From the NCBI GenBank assembly GCA_038065495.1, contig JBBTQW010000001.1:110137-164824 (forward strand): 54,688 nucleotides of DNA, given 5' to 3'. A model generated the notes under the pieces. It ran no database searches, was not told where the DNA came from, and worked only from the letters and a program-made list of their open reading frames with translations. The stretch is from Patescibacteria group bacterium (lineage in GTDB: Bacteria > Patescibacteriota > Minisyncoccia > Phycocordibacterales > JACOZG01). Below, piece after piece: positions 18,335-26,669 of the stretch (positions are counted from its first letter, which is position 1; each line of letters starts with the position of its first letter). The position numbers and the translations under genes are program-made.

Positions 18335-20401
18335 ATGGACGAAAAACCAGTAAATATTGCGGAGAAACTGCTGAAGCCGTATCAGCCGCAAGAAACAGAA
18401 AAGCGGATTTATGAACTGTGGGAACAGAGCGGTTTTTTCAATCCGGATAATTTGGAGGGTGAACCTTACACTATTTGTATTGCGCCGCCGAATGTGACGG
18501 GCAACCTGCACATGGGTCATGCGCTGGAGAATGTGATTTCTGATATTTTGATTAGATTCGAAAGAATGCGCGGTAAGAAAACGCTCTGGCTACCGGGCAC
18601 GGATCACGCGGGCATTGCCACGCAGAATGCGGTGGAAAAGAGTTTGAAAAAAGAAGGAATCTCTAGACATGACTTGGGCCGAGAAAAGTTTCTCGAAAAA
18701 GTTTGGGAGTGGAAAGAGAAGTACGGAAATATAATTCTCGATCAACTCAAGCAACTCGGTTGCTCGCTTGATTGGTCCAGAACTAGATTCACGATGGATG
18801 AGAAATATCAAGAAGCTGTAAAACGCGCGTTCCGGATTTATCAAGAGCAAGGTTTGATTTACCGTGGCAAACGCGTGATTAACTGGTGTATCAAAGACCA
18901 GACCGCTTTATCTGATTTGGAATTAGAATATGAGAGCGAGACGGGAAAGCTCTGGCAGATTAAATATCAGATAAAAAATACTGAAAATTTTATTACCGTC
19001 GCGACAACAAGGCCGGAAACTTTGCTCGGCGACACGGCCGTGGCGGTGAATCCAGATGACGCAAGATATAAAAACTTGATTGGCGAAACGGTAATTATTC
19101 CAATCGTGAATCGCGAAGTAAAAATTATTGCCGATCCGCAGATTGATCAAGACTTCGGCACCGGCGCAGTCAAAGTGACGCCGGCGCATGATATGTTCGA
19201 TAGCGAGCTTGGTGAGCGTCACGGTTTGGAAAAAATTCAAGTAATTAACGAAGTGGGGAAAATAATTAATACTCAAACTGAATTTGATGGCCTGAAAATT
19301 CTCGAAGCGCGCGAGAAAATCGTCGAGAAATTGCGCGAACTAAATTTATTAATATCTGAAGAGGCGCACACACATAATGTGGCGAAGTGTTACCGATGTC
19401 ATAGCACGGTTGAACCACTGCTCTCTGAACAATGGTTCTTGAAGATGAAGCCTCTCGCTGAGAAATTATTAGAAAAAATAAAAAACGGCGAAGTGCAATA
19501 TCATCCAGAGCGCTGGCAGAAAATTGCCACGGATTGGCTGGAAAACATTAGAGATTGGTGCATCTCGCGGCAGATTTGGTGGGGACATCGGATTCCCATT
19601 GAGAATTCTGATGATACTTTCGACACGTGGTTCTCCAGCGCCTTGTGGCCACTCGCCACGCTCGGTTGGCCAGATGAAAATGCTACTGATTTTAGAACTT
19701 TCTATCCCACACAGGTTATTACATCAGCGCGCGATATTATCCATCTCTGGATTTCTAGAATGCTGATCTCCGGCTTAACTTTTGCTAATCAACTGCCGTT
19801 TAAAAATATCCTGATTCATGCGACGGTTCTCAACAAAACCGGTCAGAGAATGAGCAAAAGCTTGGGCACCGGCTTGGATCCACTCGAGATGATTGCGAAA
19901 TACGGCGCGGATGCCACGCGCTTCGGCCTGATCTATCAAGAATTCGGCGGGCAGGAAATAAAGTTTGGCGAAGATAATATCCTGATGGGCAAGAAGTTCG
20001 CGAATAAAATCTGGAATATCACGCGCTATATTCTGACGAAAACTGATAATAAAATTACTGATCAGAAACCAGAAGAGAATCACGAAATTTTAGTAAAATT
20101 AGAAGAAGTGAAGAAAAAAATCACAAACAATTTAGAAAATTATCAGTTTGGCGAGGCGTCACACACTATTTATGACTTCGTCTGGCACGACTTGGCTGAT
20201 AAATATCTGGAAGAAACTAAAAATAATACTAGCCCAGAAACTCAGAAAAATTTAGCTTATTTATTAGATCAGGTGCTAAAATTATTACATCCGTTCATGC
20301 CGTTTATTACAGAAGAAATTTGGCAAATTATTCATATCAATTCTAATCTGGAGCAAAATCAAACTAACCAACTAATAATCGCATCATGGCCGAGCCATTA
20401 A
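18335..20401 (+). CDS. valS: Valine--tRNA ligase (compact form)
   Basis: PPNVTGNLHMGHA (HIGH box, ValRS type) and KMSKSLG. At 688 aa it lacks the usual C-terminal coiled-coil. Confidence 0.9.
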   Translation: MDEKPVNIAEKLLKPYQPQETEKRIYELWEQSGFFNPDNLEGEPYTICIAPPNVTGNLHMGHALENVISDILIRFERMRGKKTLWLPGTDHAGIATQNAVEKSLKKEGISRHDLGREKFLEKVWEWKEKYGNIILDQLKQLGCSLDWSRTRFTMDEKYQEAVKRAFRIYQEQGLIYRGKRVINWCIKDQTALSDLELEYESETGKLWQIKYQIKNTENFITVATTRPETLLGDTAVAVNPDDARYKNLIGETVIIPIVNREVKIIADPQIDQDFGTGAVKVTPAHDMFDSELGERHGLEKIQVINEVGKIINTQTEFDGLKILEAREKIVEKLRELNLLISEEAHTHNVAKCYRCHSTVEPLLSEQWFLKMKPLAEKLLEKIKNGEVQYHPERWQKIATDWLENIRDWCISRQIWWGHRIPIENSDDTFDTWFSSALWPLATLGWPDENATDFRTFYPTQVITSARDIIHLWISRMLISGLTFANQLPFKNILIHATVLNKTGQRMSKSLGTGLDPLEMIAKYGADATRFGLIYQEFGGQEIKFGEDNILMGKKFANKIWNITRYILTKTDNKITDQKPEENHEILVKLEEVKKKITNNLENYQFGEASHTIYDFVWHDLADKYLEETKNNTSPETQKNLAYLLDQVLKLLHPFMPFITEEIWQIIHINSNLEQNQTNQLIIASWPSH

Positions 20402-21105
20402 ACATTTTTCTAGCGCTACTCGGCGGCATCTTGCCGGCACTGGTCTGGCTCCTCTTCTGGCTACGCGAGGACGCTGATCATCCAGAGCCACGCGCTTTGG
20501 TCGCTGGCCTCTTCCTTGGTGGCGCGGCAGCTGTAGTGCCAACTTATCTAACACAAGAGTTACTACGCCTAGTATTTAATCTCAGTATCGATAATCATCT
20601 CGTGGTCACCGTGCTGGCTTGGGCCGCGAGTGAGGAGATTATTAAGTTTCTGATTGTGGCGGCGCTGGCGCTACGCACGCGCTACTTCGACGAACCGCTC
20701 GACGCCATGATCTATCTCATCACTGTGGCACTCGGCTTTGCTGCCGCCGAGAACGCGCTCTTTGTGCTTAACGTGATGCAAGATCCCAACTCGCTTGCCG
20801 TTGACTTGTGGCGCAACGGCAACTTCCGCTTTATCGGCGCGACCATCGCGCACACGGTTTCATCGGCCACGGTGGGTATTGCCATCGCGCTGGCCTTCTG
20901 CGAGCGTCGGGGCAAGCAAATCTTGGCTCTGCTCGCCGGCTTGGCGGTCGCGACTGTCTTGCATGCGCTATTTAACTATCTTATAATTAACAGCACGGGT
21001 GCAGAGGTAATGAAAATCTTTATTCTCTTCTGGGCGCTAGCGATTGTAATTATTTATTTATTCGAAAAAGTCAAAACGCTAGTCTGCCACATTTATCTCG
21101 ACTAA
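20386..21105 (+). CDS. PrsW-family intramembrane metalloprotease
   Basis: Polytopic protein with the EEIIKF (EExxK), FAAAENALF and HTVSSAT / HALFN motifs of the PrsW family. Overlaps valS by 16 nt. Confidence 0.75.
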   Translation: MAEPLNIFLALLGGILPALVWLLFWLREDADHPEPRALVAGLFLGGAAAVVPTYLTQELLRLVFNLSIDNHLVVTVLAWAASEEIIKFLIVAALALRTRYFDEPLDAMIYLITVALGFAAAENALFVLNVMQDPNSLAVDLWRNGNFRFIGATIAHTVSSATVGIAIALAFCERRGKQILALLAGLAVATVLHALFNYLIINSTGAEVMKIFILFWALAIVIIYLFEKVKTLVCHIYLD

Positions 21106-21136
21106 AAAATAAACCAAACAATATAAACAAAATAGC

Positions 21137-21592
21137 ATGGCTAAAAAAAGATCATTCTTTGAGAGACTCACCGGTAGCGTGCCGGTTGCGTATGACGATG
21201 ATTTAACACCAGCCCAACGCCACGCCGCGAGCGCTAGCGAAAATTGGCAAGAAGAAAGCGAGGAGGGCGAGCTAGCCGTAGATGTGTACCAAACACCGTC
21301 AGAAATTGTGATCCAAACAATGGTCTCGGGCGTTAAACCGGAAGATTTGCAAATTTCGATCACTCGCGAGATGGTGACGATTAAAGGCAAGCGCGAGTTT
21401 GCTCGTGAGGTGAGTCATGGTGATTATTTTCAAAAAGAACTCTACTGGGGCTCGTTCTCCCGCAGTGTTTTATTGCCGTCAGAGATCGAAGTGGAAGAAG
21501 CCGAAGCACTGGAGAAGCACGGTTTACTCACGATTCGCCTACCGAAAGTTGATAAAAACCGCGAACAAAACTTAAAAGTGAGGTCGCTGTGA
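21137..21592 (+). CDS. Hsp20/alpha-crystallin small heat-shock protein
   Basis: Alpha-crystallin domain: LAVDVYQTPSEIVIQ...VTIKGKRE...GSFSRSVLLP...GLLTIRLPK. Confidence 0.85.
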   Translation: MAKKRSFFERLTGSVPVAYDDDLTPAQRHAASASENWQEESEEGELAVDVYQTPSEIVIQTMVSGVKPEDLQISITREMVTIKGKREFAREVSHGDYFQKELYWGSFSRSVLLPSEIEVEEAEALEKHGLLTIRLPKVDKNREQNLKVRSL

Positions 21593-21594
21593 AA

Positions 21595-22428
21595 TTAAGA
21601 AAAATTTAGGCAAAAAATAAAGCACTGTCCGGCGAGGCCGGACAGTGCTGCAAAGATTCCCTGAGAAATTTCGGTCTGGTTGGCATATGCCGGGAAATCA
21701 ATCGGCTTGCCAATCCGTAACACAATCGGCCCACGATGCCACTGAGGCCAGCCGGTCACCAGCTTCTCTCGCGAGTTAGGCATTACTCTGTCGGCACCTT
21801 CAACCCAAATCGGCAGAACCAGTGGTCTCACTTTAGCTCTGGCAATGAGAGTGGCAACACCAGGTTGCACCGGACCGAGACGTTGACCAGAATCCCCGAC
21901 CGGAACACTATCAGTCAAGAAAGTCCGATTGCCCTCCGGAAAGATAATCGTAATCGCAGGCTCCGCGCCGCCAATAATCTCTCCCATCCGGCGGAACCAA
22001 CTCACCAGTCCCGCGCGACCCTCTGGCACTAAGATTGCCCGTTCTTGCATCAAGTTCCAAATGCGGCCCGAAAGCCGTGAAAAGTGCTTCATGGTCGGCG
22101 TACTCCAAGGCGCTAATCTGGGAGACAAGAGGTACAACCTAGAGAGCAAGCCAATTAGTAGCAGTGTTTCTACTGTTGAAGGATGGTTAGACACCACCAC
22201 CAGAGAGCGGCCGTTCGGCTTGGGTAATTTGCCTTGGATTTTTACATCTCCCCGCATACGCAAGATGAAATAAGCAACAGCAAACAACAAGCCAATAGTG
22301 TAGACGAGCAAATAAAGTCTAAGTTTTTCTTTCCAGCTTTTTTCCACCAAACTTTCTCCTTTCTCTTTTCTTATTTTTATTTTTCGTTTTGTGTCACTCT
22401 CAAAATAGAATGTACTAAGAAAACGCAA
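21595..22428 (-). CDS. Lysophospholipid (1-acyl-glycerol-3-phosphate type) acyltransferase
   Basis: N-terminal TM segment, VVSNHPSTVE (degenerate HxxxxD box) and a FPEGNRT box. TTG start is uncertain. Confidence 0.65.
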   Translation of the reverse strand: MRFLSTFYFESDTKRKIKIRKEKGESLVEKSWKEKLRLYLLVYTIGLLFAVAYFILRMRGDVKIQGKLPKPNGRSLVVVSNHPSTVETLLLIGLLSRLYLLSPRLAPWSTPTMKHFSRLSGRIWNLMQERAILVPEGRAGLVSWFRRMGEIIGGAEPAITIIFPEGNRTFLTDSVPVGDSGQRLGPVQPGVATLIARAKVRPLVLPIWVEGADRVMPNSREKLVTGWPQWHRGPIVLRIGKPIDFPAYANQTEISQGIFAALSGLAGQCFIFCLNFS

Positions 22429-22469
22429 ACTTTGTTATAGCATTTTATTGCTCAAAAAGCAACCCACGG

Positions 22470-22542
22470 TGCCCAGAGTCAGATTTGCACTGACGACCCT
22501 TCCCTCTTCAGGGGAATGCTCTACTAACTGAGCTATCTGGGC
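22470..22542 (-). tRNA. tRNA-Phe (GAA)
   Basis: GCCCAGA acceptor stem, D-arm GCUCAGUUAGUAGAGC, anticodon loop CUGAAGA. Confidence 0.9.
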
Positions 22543-22769
22543 AATAAGAGATTAAAGTCCGGCAGATTCTGGTAGAGGTCGAGCAATTTATCTAAATAAG
22601 GCTGGAGATAGTAGTAAGCACCCAAAGCCGAGCCAATTACCAAAGCCCAGCGGACGAAGGACCAGAACGCCTGCCAGCGTTGAGCCCGGCGCAAACTGTG
22701 CAAGATCTCGTTGTTCTCGCTCGTTAATTTATAAGTCGTGGTAAGCAACTCGCGTTCCTCCGGGTTCAT
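22533..22769 (-). CDS. Small hypothetical membrane protein
   Basis: 78-aa ORF with one hydrophobic helix. Its stop overlaps the tRNA-Phe 5' end by 10 nt. Confidence 0.4.
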   Translation of the reverse strand: MNPEERELLTTTYKLTSENNEILHSLRRAQRWQAFWSFVRWALVIGSALGAYYYLQPYLDKLLDLYQNLPDFNLLLPR

Positions 22770-22821
22770 GTAGGCTAGTCTAGCTTAAACTAATAATAAA
22801 AGCAAAGAAAAAAACAGTCAG

Positions 22822-22893
22822 TGCCCTCACCTGGAATTGAACCAAGATCTATCCCTTAGGACGGGACTGTTCTATCCGTTGAACTATGAGGGC
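22822..22893 (-). tRNA. tRNA-Arg (CCU)
   Basis: GCCCUCA acceptor stem, anticodon stem GUCCC/GGGAU, anticodon loop GUCCUAA. Confidence 0.85.
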
Positions 22894-22917
22894 AAGAGCA
22901 AGGTTGAACAAAAAATT

Positions 22918-23166
22918 TTAAACTCCCAGCGCATTGGCTAAACCTCTTTCGTCAAAGCCGATGACGTGATCCTGCGTGCCATCGTCGTTAGTAATCTCGA
23001 TCACCGGCACGCCCATCTGACCGCTCTTATCGATCATTTCCTGACGCTTCACGGCGTCACTCGCGACATTATATTCTTCGTAGCTAATCCCTTTTTCTTG
23101 GAAAAAACTTTTGGCCATTTTGCAATAATGGCAGCTCGGCGTGGTGTAGATTGCGACTTTTTTCAT
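22918..23166 (-). CDS. Glutaredoxin-like protein
   Basis: 82 aa with a VAIYTTPSCHYCKMAK CxxC active site and a GVPVI segment (Grx/NrdH fold). Confidence 0.8.
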   Translation of the reverse strand: MKKVAIYTTPSCHYCKMAKSFFQEKGISYEEYNVASDAVKRQEMIDKSGQMGVPVIEITNDDGTQDHVIGFDERGLANALGV

Positions 23167-23176
23167 GATTTGATTT

Positions 23177-23464
23177 TTATATTTTATTTAAGATCTCCAT
23201 ATTATCACCTTTGGCCAGTTTGTTCCACTTCTCATGGCCGCACTGCTCGCACTTATTTAATAAATCATAACTACCAGAAACTAGCCGATAACTCACCGGT
23301 GCCATCTTGCCGCCACACTTGGCCGCTCTGTCGCCAGGGCTGTTATCCACATGCCTACTCCACAGGCAAGCCGGGCAGTGATTAGTGTAACCATCGCCAT
23401 GCACCTGCTCGCCGCACTGCATGCAAGTAAAGTCTTCAGTTGTTTTGATAAAATTCTGGGCCAC
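23177..23464 (-). CDS. RNHCP domain protein (zinc-ribbon)
   Basis: CMQCGEQV...YTNHCPACLWSRHVD matches the RNHCP-domain signature. A second Cys pair is CEQCGHE. GTG start. Confidence 0.7.
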   Translation of the reverse strand: MAQNFIKTTEDFTCMQCGEQVHGDGYTNHCPACLWSRHVDNSPGDRAAKCGGKMAPVSYRLVSGSYDLLNKCEQCGHEKWNKLAKGDNMEILNKI

Positions 23465-23534
23465 CGTAATACATTATCACCAATCGCGTCTCTACTGTAG
23501 TGCCTGGTTTATTAGCGCTAATCATTGTTTTAAC

Positions 23535-23639
23535 ATGAATGAAGATAATTGTAACTGCGGTGTACACAGCACCTGCAAGACGGGCGATGCCAGCTGTAGT
23601 AAGTGTAGCAAGAAGTGTCCAAGCAGTGAGATGAAATAG
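23535..23639 (+). CDS. Candidate 34-aa Cys-rich peptide
   Basis: MNEDNCNCGVHSTCKTGDASCSKCSKKCPSSEMK has 6 Cys in 34 aa. A ccacca/tggtgg hairpin plus T-run follows about 35 nt downstream. No SD is present. Confidence 0.3.
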   Translation: MNEDNCNCGVHSTCKTGDASCSKCSKKCPSSEMK

Positions 23640-23748
23640 TTTCAAGCAGAAAGTTTCCAAAAACCCCACCAACTTTTTTACAAGAGCTGGTGGATTTTTG
23701 GTTTTGCTGACATTTATAGAATAGAAAAACCCGCGCTACGACGAGTTC

Positions 23749-24525
23749 TTACGGCCTATTCTTTAGTATCCGTTCCTCGACATCTTTCACACCAAGTGGA
23801 GAGATACGAATACGCCCCAGTGCTTCGTCATATTCAACAAGCCGAGATTTGTGAAAAGGTCTTAAAATTCGCGTTCTAAACATGGCAAGAGTGCTGTATT
23901 CGACCCAAACCAGTAAGTCATTCTCAGCGACCCAAGACGGCTCTAGACGCAACAAAACCAATACTTGATTCCCTTTATCCATGGCGGGATCGAGGACGCG
24001 TTTCTTGTCCTCCACATTCCAGATCAAGGGGTGTTTGCGCTCTACAAGCACATCGACCGCTTCCTGTGCTTCCTCTGTAGAAACGCCGTGGAAAATCCGG
24101 ACCAACTCGGCGAGCACCCAACTTGCCATCGCAAGAACAGAGGTGGCATCAAGAAAATTAGGGTCAACGTCCCCGCCGACATGACCGACACCGCGATTGT
24201 TGCGAATCTCGTAAAGTGGCAAGAGCATCCGTGGAATCAAGATGCGCAAACTTTGATCGCCGACGCGCGCCGAATTCGACGGGGTTCTCTCCAATGCTTG
24301 GCATGCGTCCCTCATGTTTGGCGGCTTCGATGGCCGTGTAGGGAATGTTGCATTGATACAACCATTTACGATGGTGTAAACACACTCACAAAATTTCCCC
24401 CCGTTCAATTCGGCGGGCTCCCAGCGGTGCTCAGCGTAATTCTTCGCTATTTCCTGATAGCTCTGAATAAGCGGGTCTCTGAGACCTGCCGGCAGCGAAG
24501 AGAGTATTTTTGAGGGGTCGATCAT
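23749..24525 (-). CDS. Hypothetical protein with an Abi_C-like motif and a C-terminal winged-helix-like region
   Basis: 258 aa. YEIRNNRGVGHVGG resembles the RN..(a/g)HG core of the abortive-infection C-terminal domain, judged by eye only. Its start overlaps the upstream gene's stop (ATGA). Confidence 0.55.
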   Translation of the reverse strand: MIDPSKILSSLPAGLRDPLIQSYQEIAKNYAEHRWEPAELNGGKFCECVYTIVNGCINATFPTRPSKPPNMRDACQALERTPSNSARVGDQSLRILIPRMLLPLYEIRNNRGVGHVGGDVDPNFLDATSVLAMASWVLAELVRIFHGVSTEEAQEAVDVLVERKHPLIWNVEDKKRVLDPAMDKGNQVLVLLRLEPSWVAENDLLVWVEYSTLAMFRTRILRPFHKSRLVEYDEALGRIRISPLGVKDVEERILKNRP

Positions 24526-25124
24526 TCAGCCTTTTTAGTGAGTTCTTTCACGAGTGAAGCACCATGGGACAGACCGGGAGCGGTGAGCTTCCAGCCTTTC
24601 TCCTTGGAACCACTCAGCTTGTTATCGATATCTCCCATATACACTGAATGATTCGCATCGCTGTAACACCCTTGTTCTTTGCAAAGAGCCCGTGCGTCTT
24701 TGTCTGTGAAGCTTGATTCGCCCGAAGTCAAAAGACTGCTGAGTCCTTGGAGAACGTATGCGTTGTGACTTTGGGCCTTTTTATTTTTCCCGGGGATTGC
24801 GCTGGCGATGACCTCGGCATGCCCGCTTTCAATCTGAAAGACCTGCTCAAGGTCAGTCATTTTGATACCATTTTGTTTCATCCAAGTTTTGGCTTTTGTC
24901 GGCAAATCACTAGCGCCACCACTAGATTCACTGCCCTCAAATGAATTATCGACAGGAAGCTTAACTGAAGTTTCCCCCAACAAAGTGAGAGTTGCCTGCA
25001 CAATGCGCTGTCTATCCTCAGATTCAAATGGCCTGAGCAATTCTACGACTTGACTCATAACTTTTGTTGTTTTGGGCATTTGCATAAAATTATTGGTTAT
25101 TAAGGGTGTCTGCGGCATCGACAT
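24522..25124 (-). CDS. Hypothetical protein (first gene of a two-gene operon)
   Basis: 200-aa ORF with no recognisable domain. The start is ambiguous, with in-frame Met at codons 1, 3, 14, 16 and 23. Confidence 0.55.
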   Translation of the reverse strand: MSMPQTPLITNNFMQMPKTTKVMSQVVELLRPFESEDRQRIVQATLTLLGETSVKLPVDNSFEGSESSGGASDLPTKAKTWMKQNGIKMTDLEQVFQIESGHAEVIASAIPGKNKKAQSHNAYVLQGLSSLLTSGESSFTDKDARALCKEQGCYSDANHSVYMGDIDNKLSGSKEKGWKLTAPGLSHGASLVKELTKKAE

Positions 25125-25142
25125 AATGCCCCATTGCTCTCC

Positions 25143-25171
25143 AGTATTTCAAATTTCTAAATGGAAGTCAA
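25143..25171 (-). promoter_or_regulatory. Putative promoter (TTGACT-N17-AATACT) for the two-gene operon
   Basis: On the minus strand, TTGACT lies at 25171-25166 and AATACT at 25148-25143, separated by 17 nt. Confidence 0.4.
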
Positions 25172-25238
25172 TATGGGAGCACCAATAAATTCCCCATTCC
25201 CAAACCGCCGGCCGTAAAACGCTCGCGGTTTTTTTGTA

Positions 25239-25256
25239 GTGGAGATGGCGGGAATC
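25239..25256 (-). repeat. 18-bp direct repeat of the tmRNA 3' end (att-like scar)
   Basis: gtggagatggcgggaatc at 25239-25256 is identical to 25409-25426. Confidence 0.8.
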
Positions 25257-25374
25257 TCCCTCGACTAAACTTTTGTCGTCACAAAAGTTTGTCTGGGCAC
25301 CGCCTCACGGCCTCGCGAGCTCGCTCGGCATCGTTCCGGCGTTCGATTCCCTCAATCATCGTCTAGCAGACAAA

Positions 25375-25398
25375 GTAAAACCCCGCGCAAGGCGGGGC
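25375..25398 (-). terminator. Rho-independent terminator of ssrA
   Basis: Minus strand reads GCCCCGCC-TTGC-GCGGGG followed by TTTTAC, about 12 nt after the tmRNA 3' end and nested in a longer gacaaagta/tactttgtc stem. Confidence 0.65.
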
Positions 25399-25409
25399 TA
25401 CTTTGTCTG

Positions 25410-25789
25410 TGGAGATGGCGGGAATCGAACCCGCGTGCAAATGGTGTGACTCAAACGATCTACATACTTAGCTCACTTAATTTTCGACAGCGCAACTCGG
25501 AGTGAGCGAAACGTCGTGCTGGTTAGTGTCTAAGTTTTCGGGCTAATCGCGACACGAGATTAGCGCTAGCTCGCGGTTATAACACCTCTAGCCGCCCAGC
25601 AAGCGAGTGCGGTAGAGACGCCGAATTAAGCTAAAGCGAAACTCGGAGCGAAGGTGAAGTATGGGGATACCATATCACCTTGCTTAGCCATTTTGTTGGC
25701 AAGTGTGTTTTGTTGGTTGATTAGCGAGAGTCCAACGCTCTCGGTATGCCCGAGATGAGAATCGCCAAGTGTCTAGGCCGATCATCCCC
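25410..25789 (-). ncRNA. ssrA: tmRNA (SsrA)
   Basis: The 5' GGGGAUG pairs with the 3' CAUCUCC, giving the G3:U wobble. T-arm is GCGGGUUCGAUUCCCGC. An internal reading frame ends ...PYFTFAPSFALA-TAA; the likely tag is ANKMAKQGDMVSPYFTFAPSFALA or a shorter version starting at a later Ala. Immediately downstream of smpB. Confidence 0.9.
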
Positions 25790-25793
25790 AAAT

Positions 25794-26246
25794 TTATTTA
25801 TTACCTCTTTTCAACGTTCTATCTACTTCCCTCTTAGTTTCGCGCTCTTTGATCTTCTGGCGTTTGTCGAACTTTTTCTTACCTCTAGCGAGAGCAAGAA
25901 CAAGCTTAAGCTTACCTCCTTTATTATATACCGAGAGTGGAATAATTGTCAAGCCGTTGCTATTCTCTACGCCAGATAAACTAGCCAGCTCTTTTTTAGT
26001 CAGCAATAGTCTAATAGCGCGGCCCGGCTCATAGCCTGGCGGGAGATTCCCCGCTTGATAGGGCGCAATTTCGGCACCAATGAGGTAAGCCTCGCCACCA
26101 CGCACCAGCACACGCGCGCCAAGCAACTTGGCACGACCCAGCTTGAGCGCCTTGACCTCAAAGCCGGTTAATTCCAAGCCAGCCTCCCATTGCTCTAATA
26201 ACTCATAGTCAAAGCTGGCTCGGGGGTTATGCACTAACGTTTTCAT
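25794..26246 (-). CDS. smpB: SsrA-binding protein
   Basis: NPRASFDYELLEQWEAGLELTGFEVKALK and a basic C-terminal tail. Adjacent to ssrA. Confidence 0.9.
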   Translation of the reverse strand: MKTLVHNPRASFDYELLEQWEAGLELTGFEVKALKLGRAKLLGARVLVRGGEAYLIGAEIAPYQAGNLPPGYEPGRAIRLLLTKKELASLSGVENSNGLTIIPLSVYNKGGKLKLVLALARGKKKFDKRQKIKERETKREVDRTLKRGNK

Positions 26247-26247
26247 C

Positions 26248-26275
26248 TTGCTATCCTAGCTCGTTCTAGTATAAT
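26248..26275 (+). promoter_or_regulatory. Putative promoter (TTGCTA-N16-TATAAT)
   Basis: ttgcta at 26248-26253 and tataat at 26270-26275, upstream of the 26351 ORF. Confidence 0.35.
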
Positions 26276-26350
26276 AGACAACGCTCACTAAGAGTAAATT
26301 AACTAAGGTCGAATCATTATTGGACTAAAATAACTTAAACAAAATATAAC

Positions 26351-26572
26351 ATGAAACTACAATCAAACCGCGGCTTTGGTATTGGCACACTCGTGGTGAT
26401 CATCGCGATCGTGCTCATCATTGGCGCTTACATGTACTACAGCGGTGATAAAGCACCAGAGACCACTCCGGTCACCACCACCGAGACAACTCTCACTACC
26501 ACCAGTACCGAGACTACTCCAACCATGGAGACAGGTGCGACAGAGACTACTGTTACAACCGTTACGCAGTAA
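26351..26572 (+). CDS. Small membrane-anchored Thr-rich protein
   Basis: 73 aa: an N-terminal TM segment (GIGTLVVIIAIVLIIGAY) followed by a low-complexity T/E/P tail. Confidence 0.5.
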   Translation: MKLQSNRGFGIGTLVVIIAIVLIIGAYMYYSGDKAPETTPVTTTETTLTTTSTETTPTMETGATETTVTTVTQ

Positions 26573-26614
26573 AAACGCTAAATTAATAGAAAAACCAGTT
26601 AGGCTAGCAAATGC

Positions 26615-26643
26615 TTGACTTTTTCTCCCCCATCGATTAAGCT
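26615..26643 (+). promoter_or_regulatory. Putative promoter for infC operon (TTGACT-N17-TAAGCT)
   Basis: ttgact at 26615-26620 and taagct at 26638-26643. Confidence 0.4.
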
Positions 26644-26669
26644 GATGGGGTTCTTTATTTCAAAGTAAA

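Noticed and set aside
18335-20401. Short ValRS (688 aa) and other compact or extended enzymes (349-aa AckA, 201-aa Ndk) as evidence of pseudogenisation.
   Set aside because: The catalytic motifs are intact and the reading frames are uninterrupted. Domain loss or insertion of this kind is typical of reduced genomes.
96-22440. Numerous 60-240-aa ORFs antisense to or overlapping clear genes, for example 96-398, 1216-1563, 3805-4316, 5982-6713, 7005-7403, 18923-19276 and 21929-22273.
   Set aside because: These are shadow ORFs inside well-supported conserved genes. Their translations are low-complexity, with no start signals or recognisable motifs.
23436-23672. 78-aa minus-strand ORF overlapping the Cys-rich peptide locus.
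   Set aside because: The translation looks like the shadow of an A/T-rich intergenic region. It has no start context and would run into the RNHCP gene start.
25335-25357. Shared tccggcgttcg...tccctc string near the tmRNA (25335-25357) and near tRNA-Ile (about 52497-52520), possibly a common element or tRNA T-arm fragment.
   Set aside because: Only about 11+6 nt match, with no flanking similarity. No cloverleaf can be drawn, so the match is compatible with chance.
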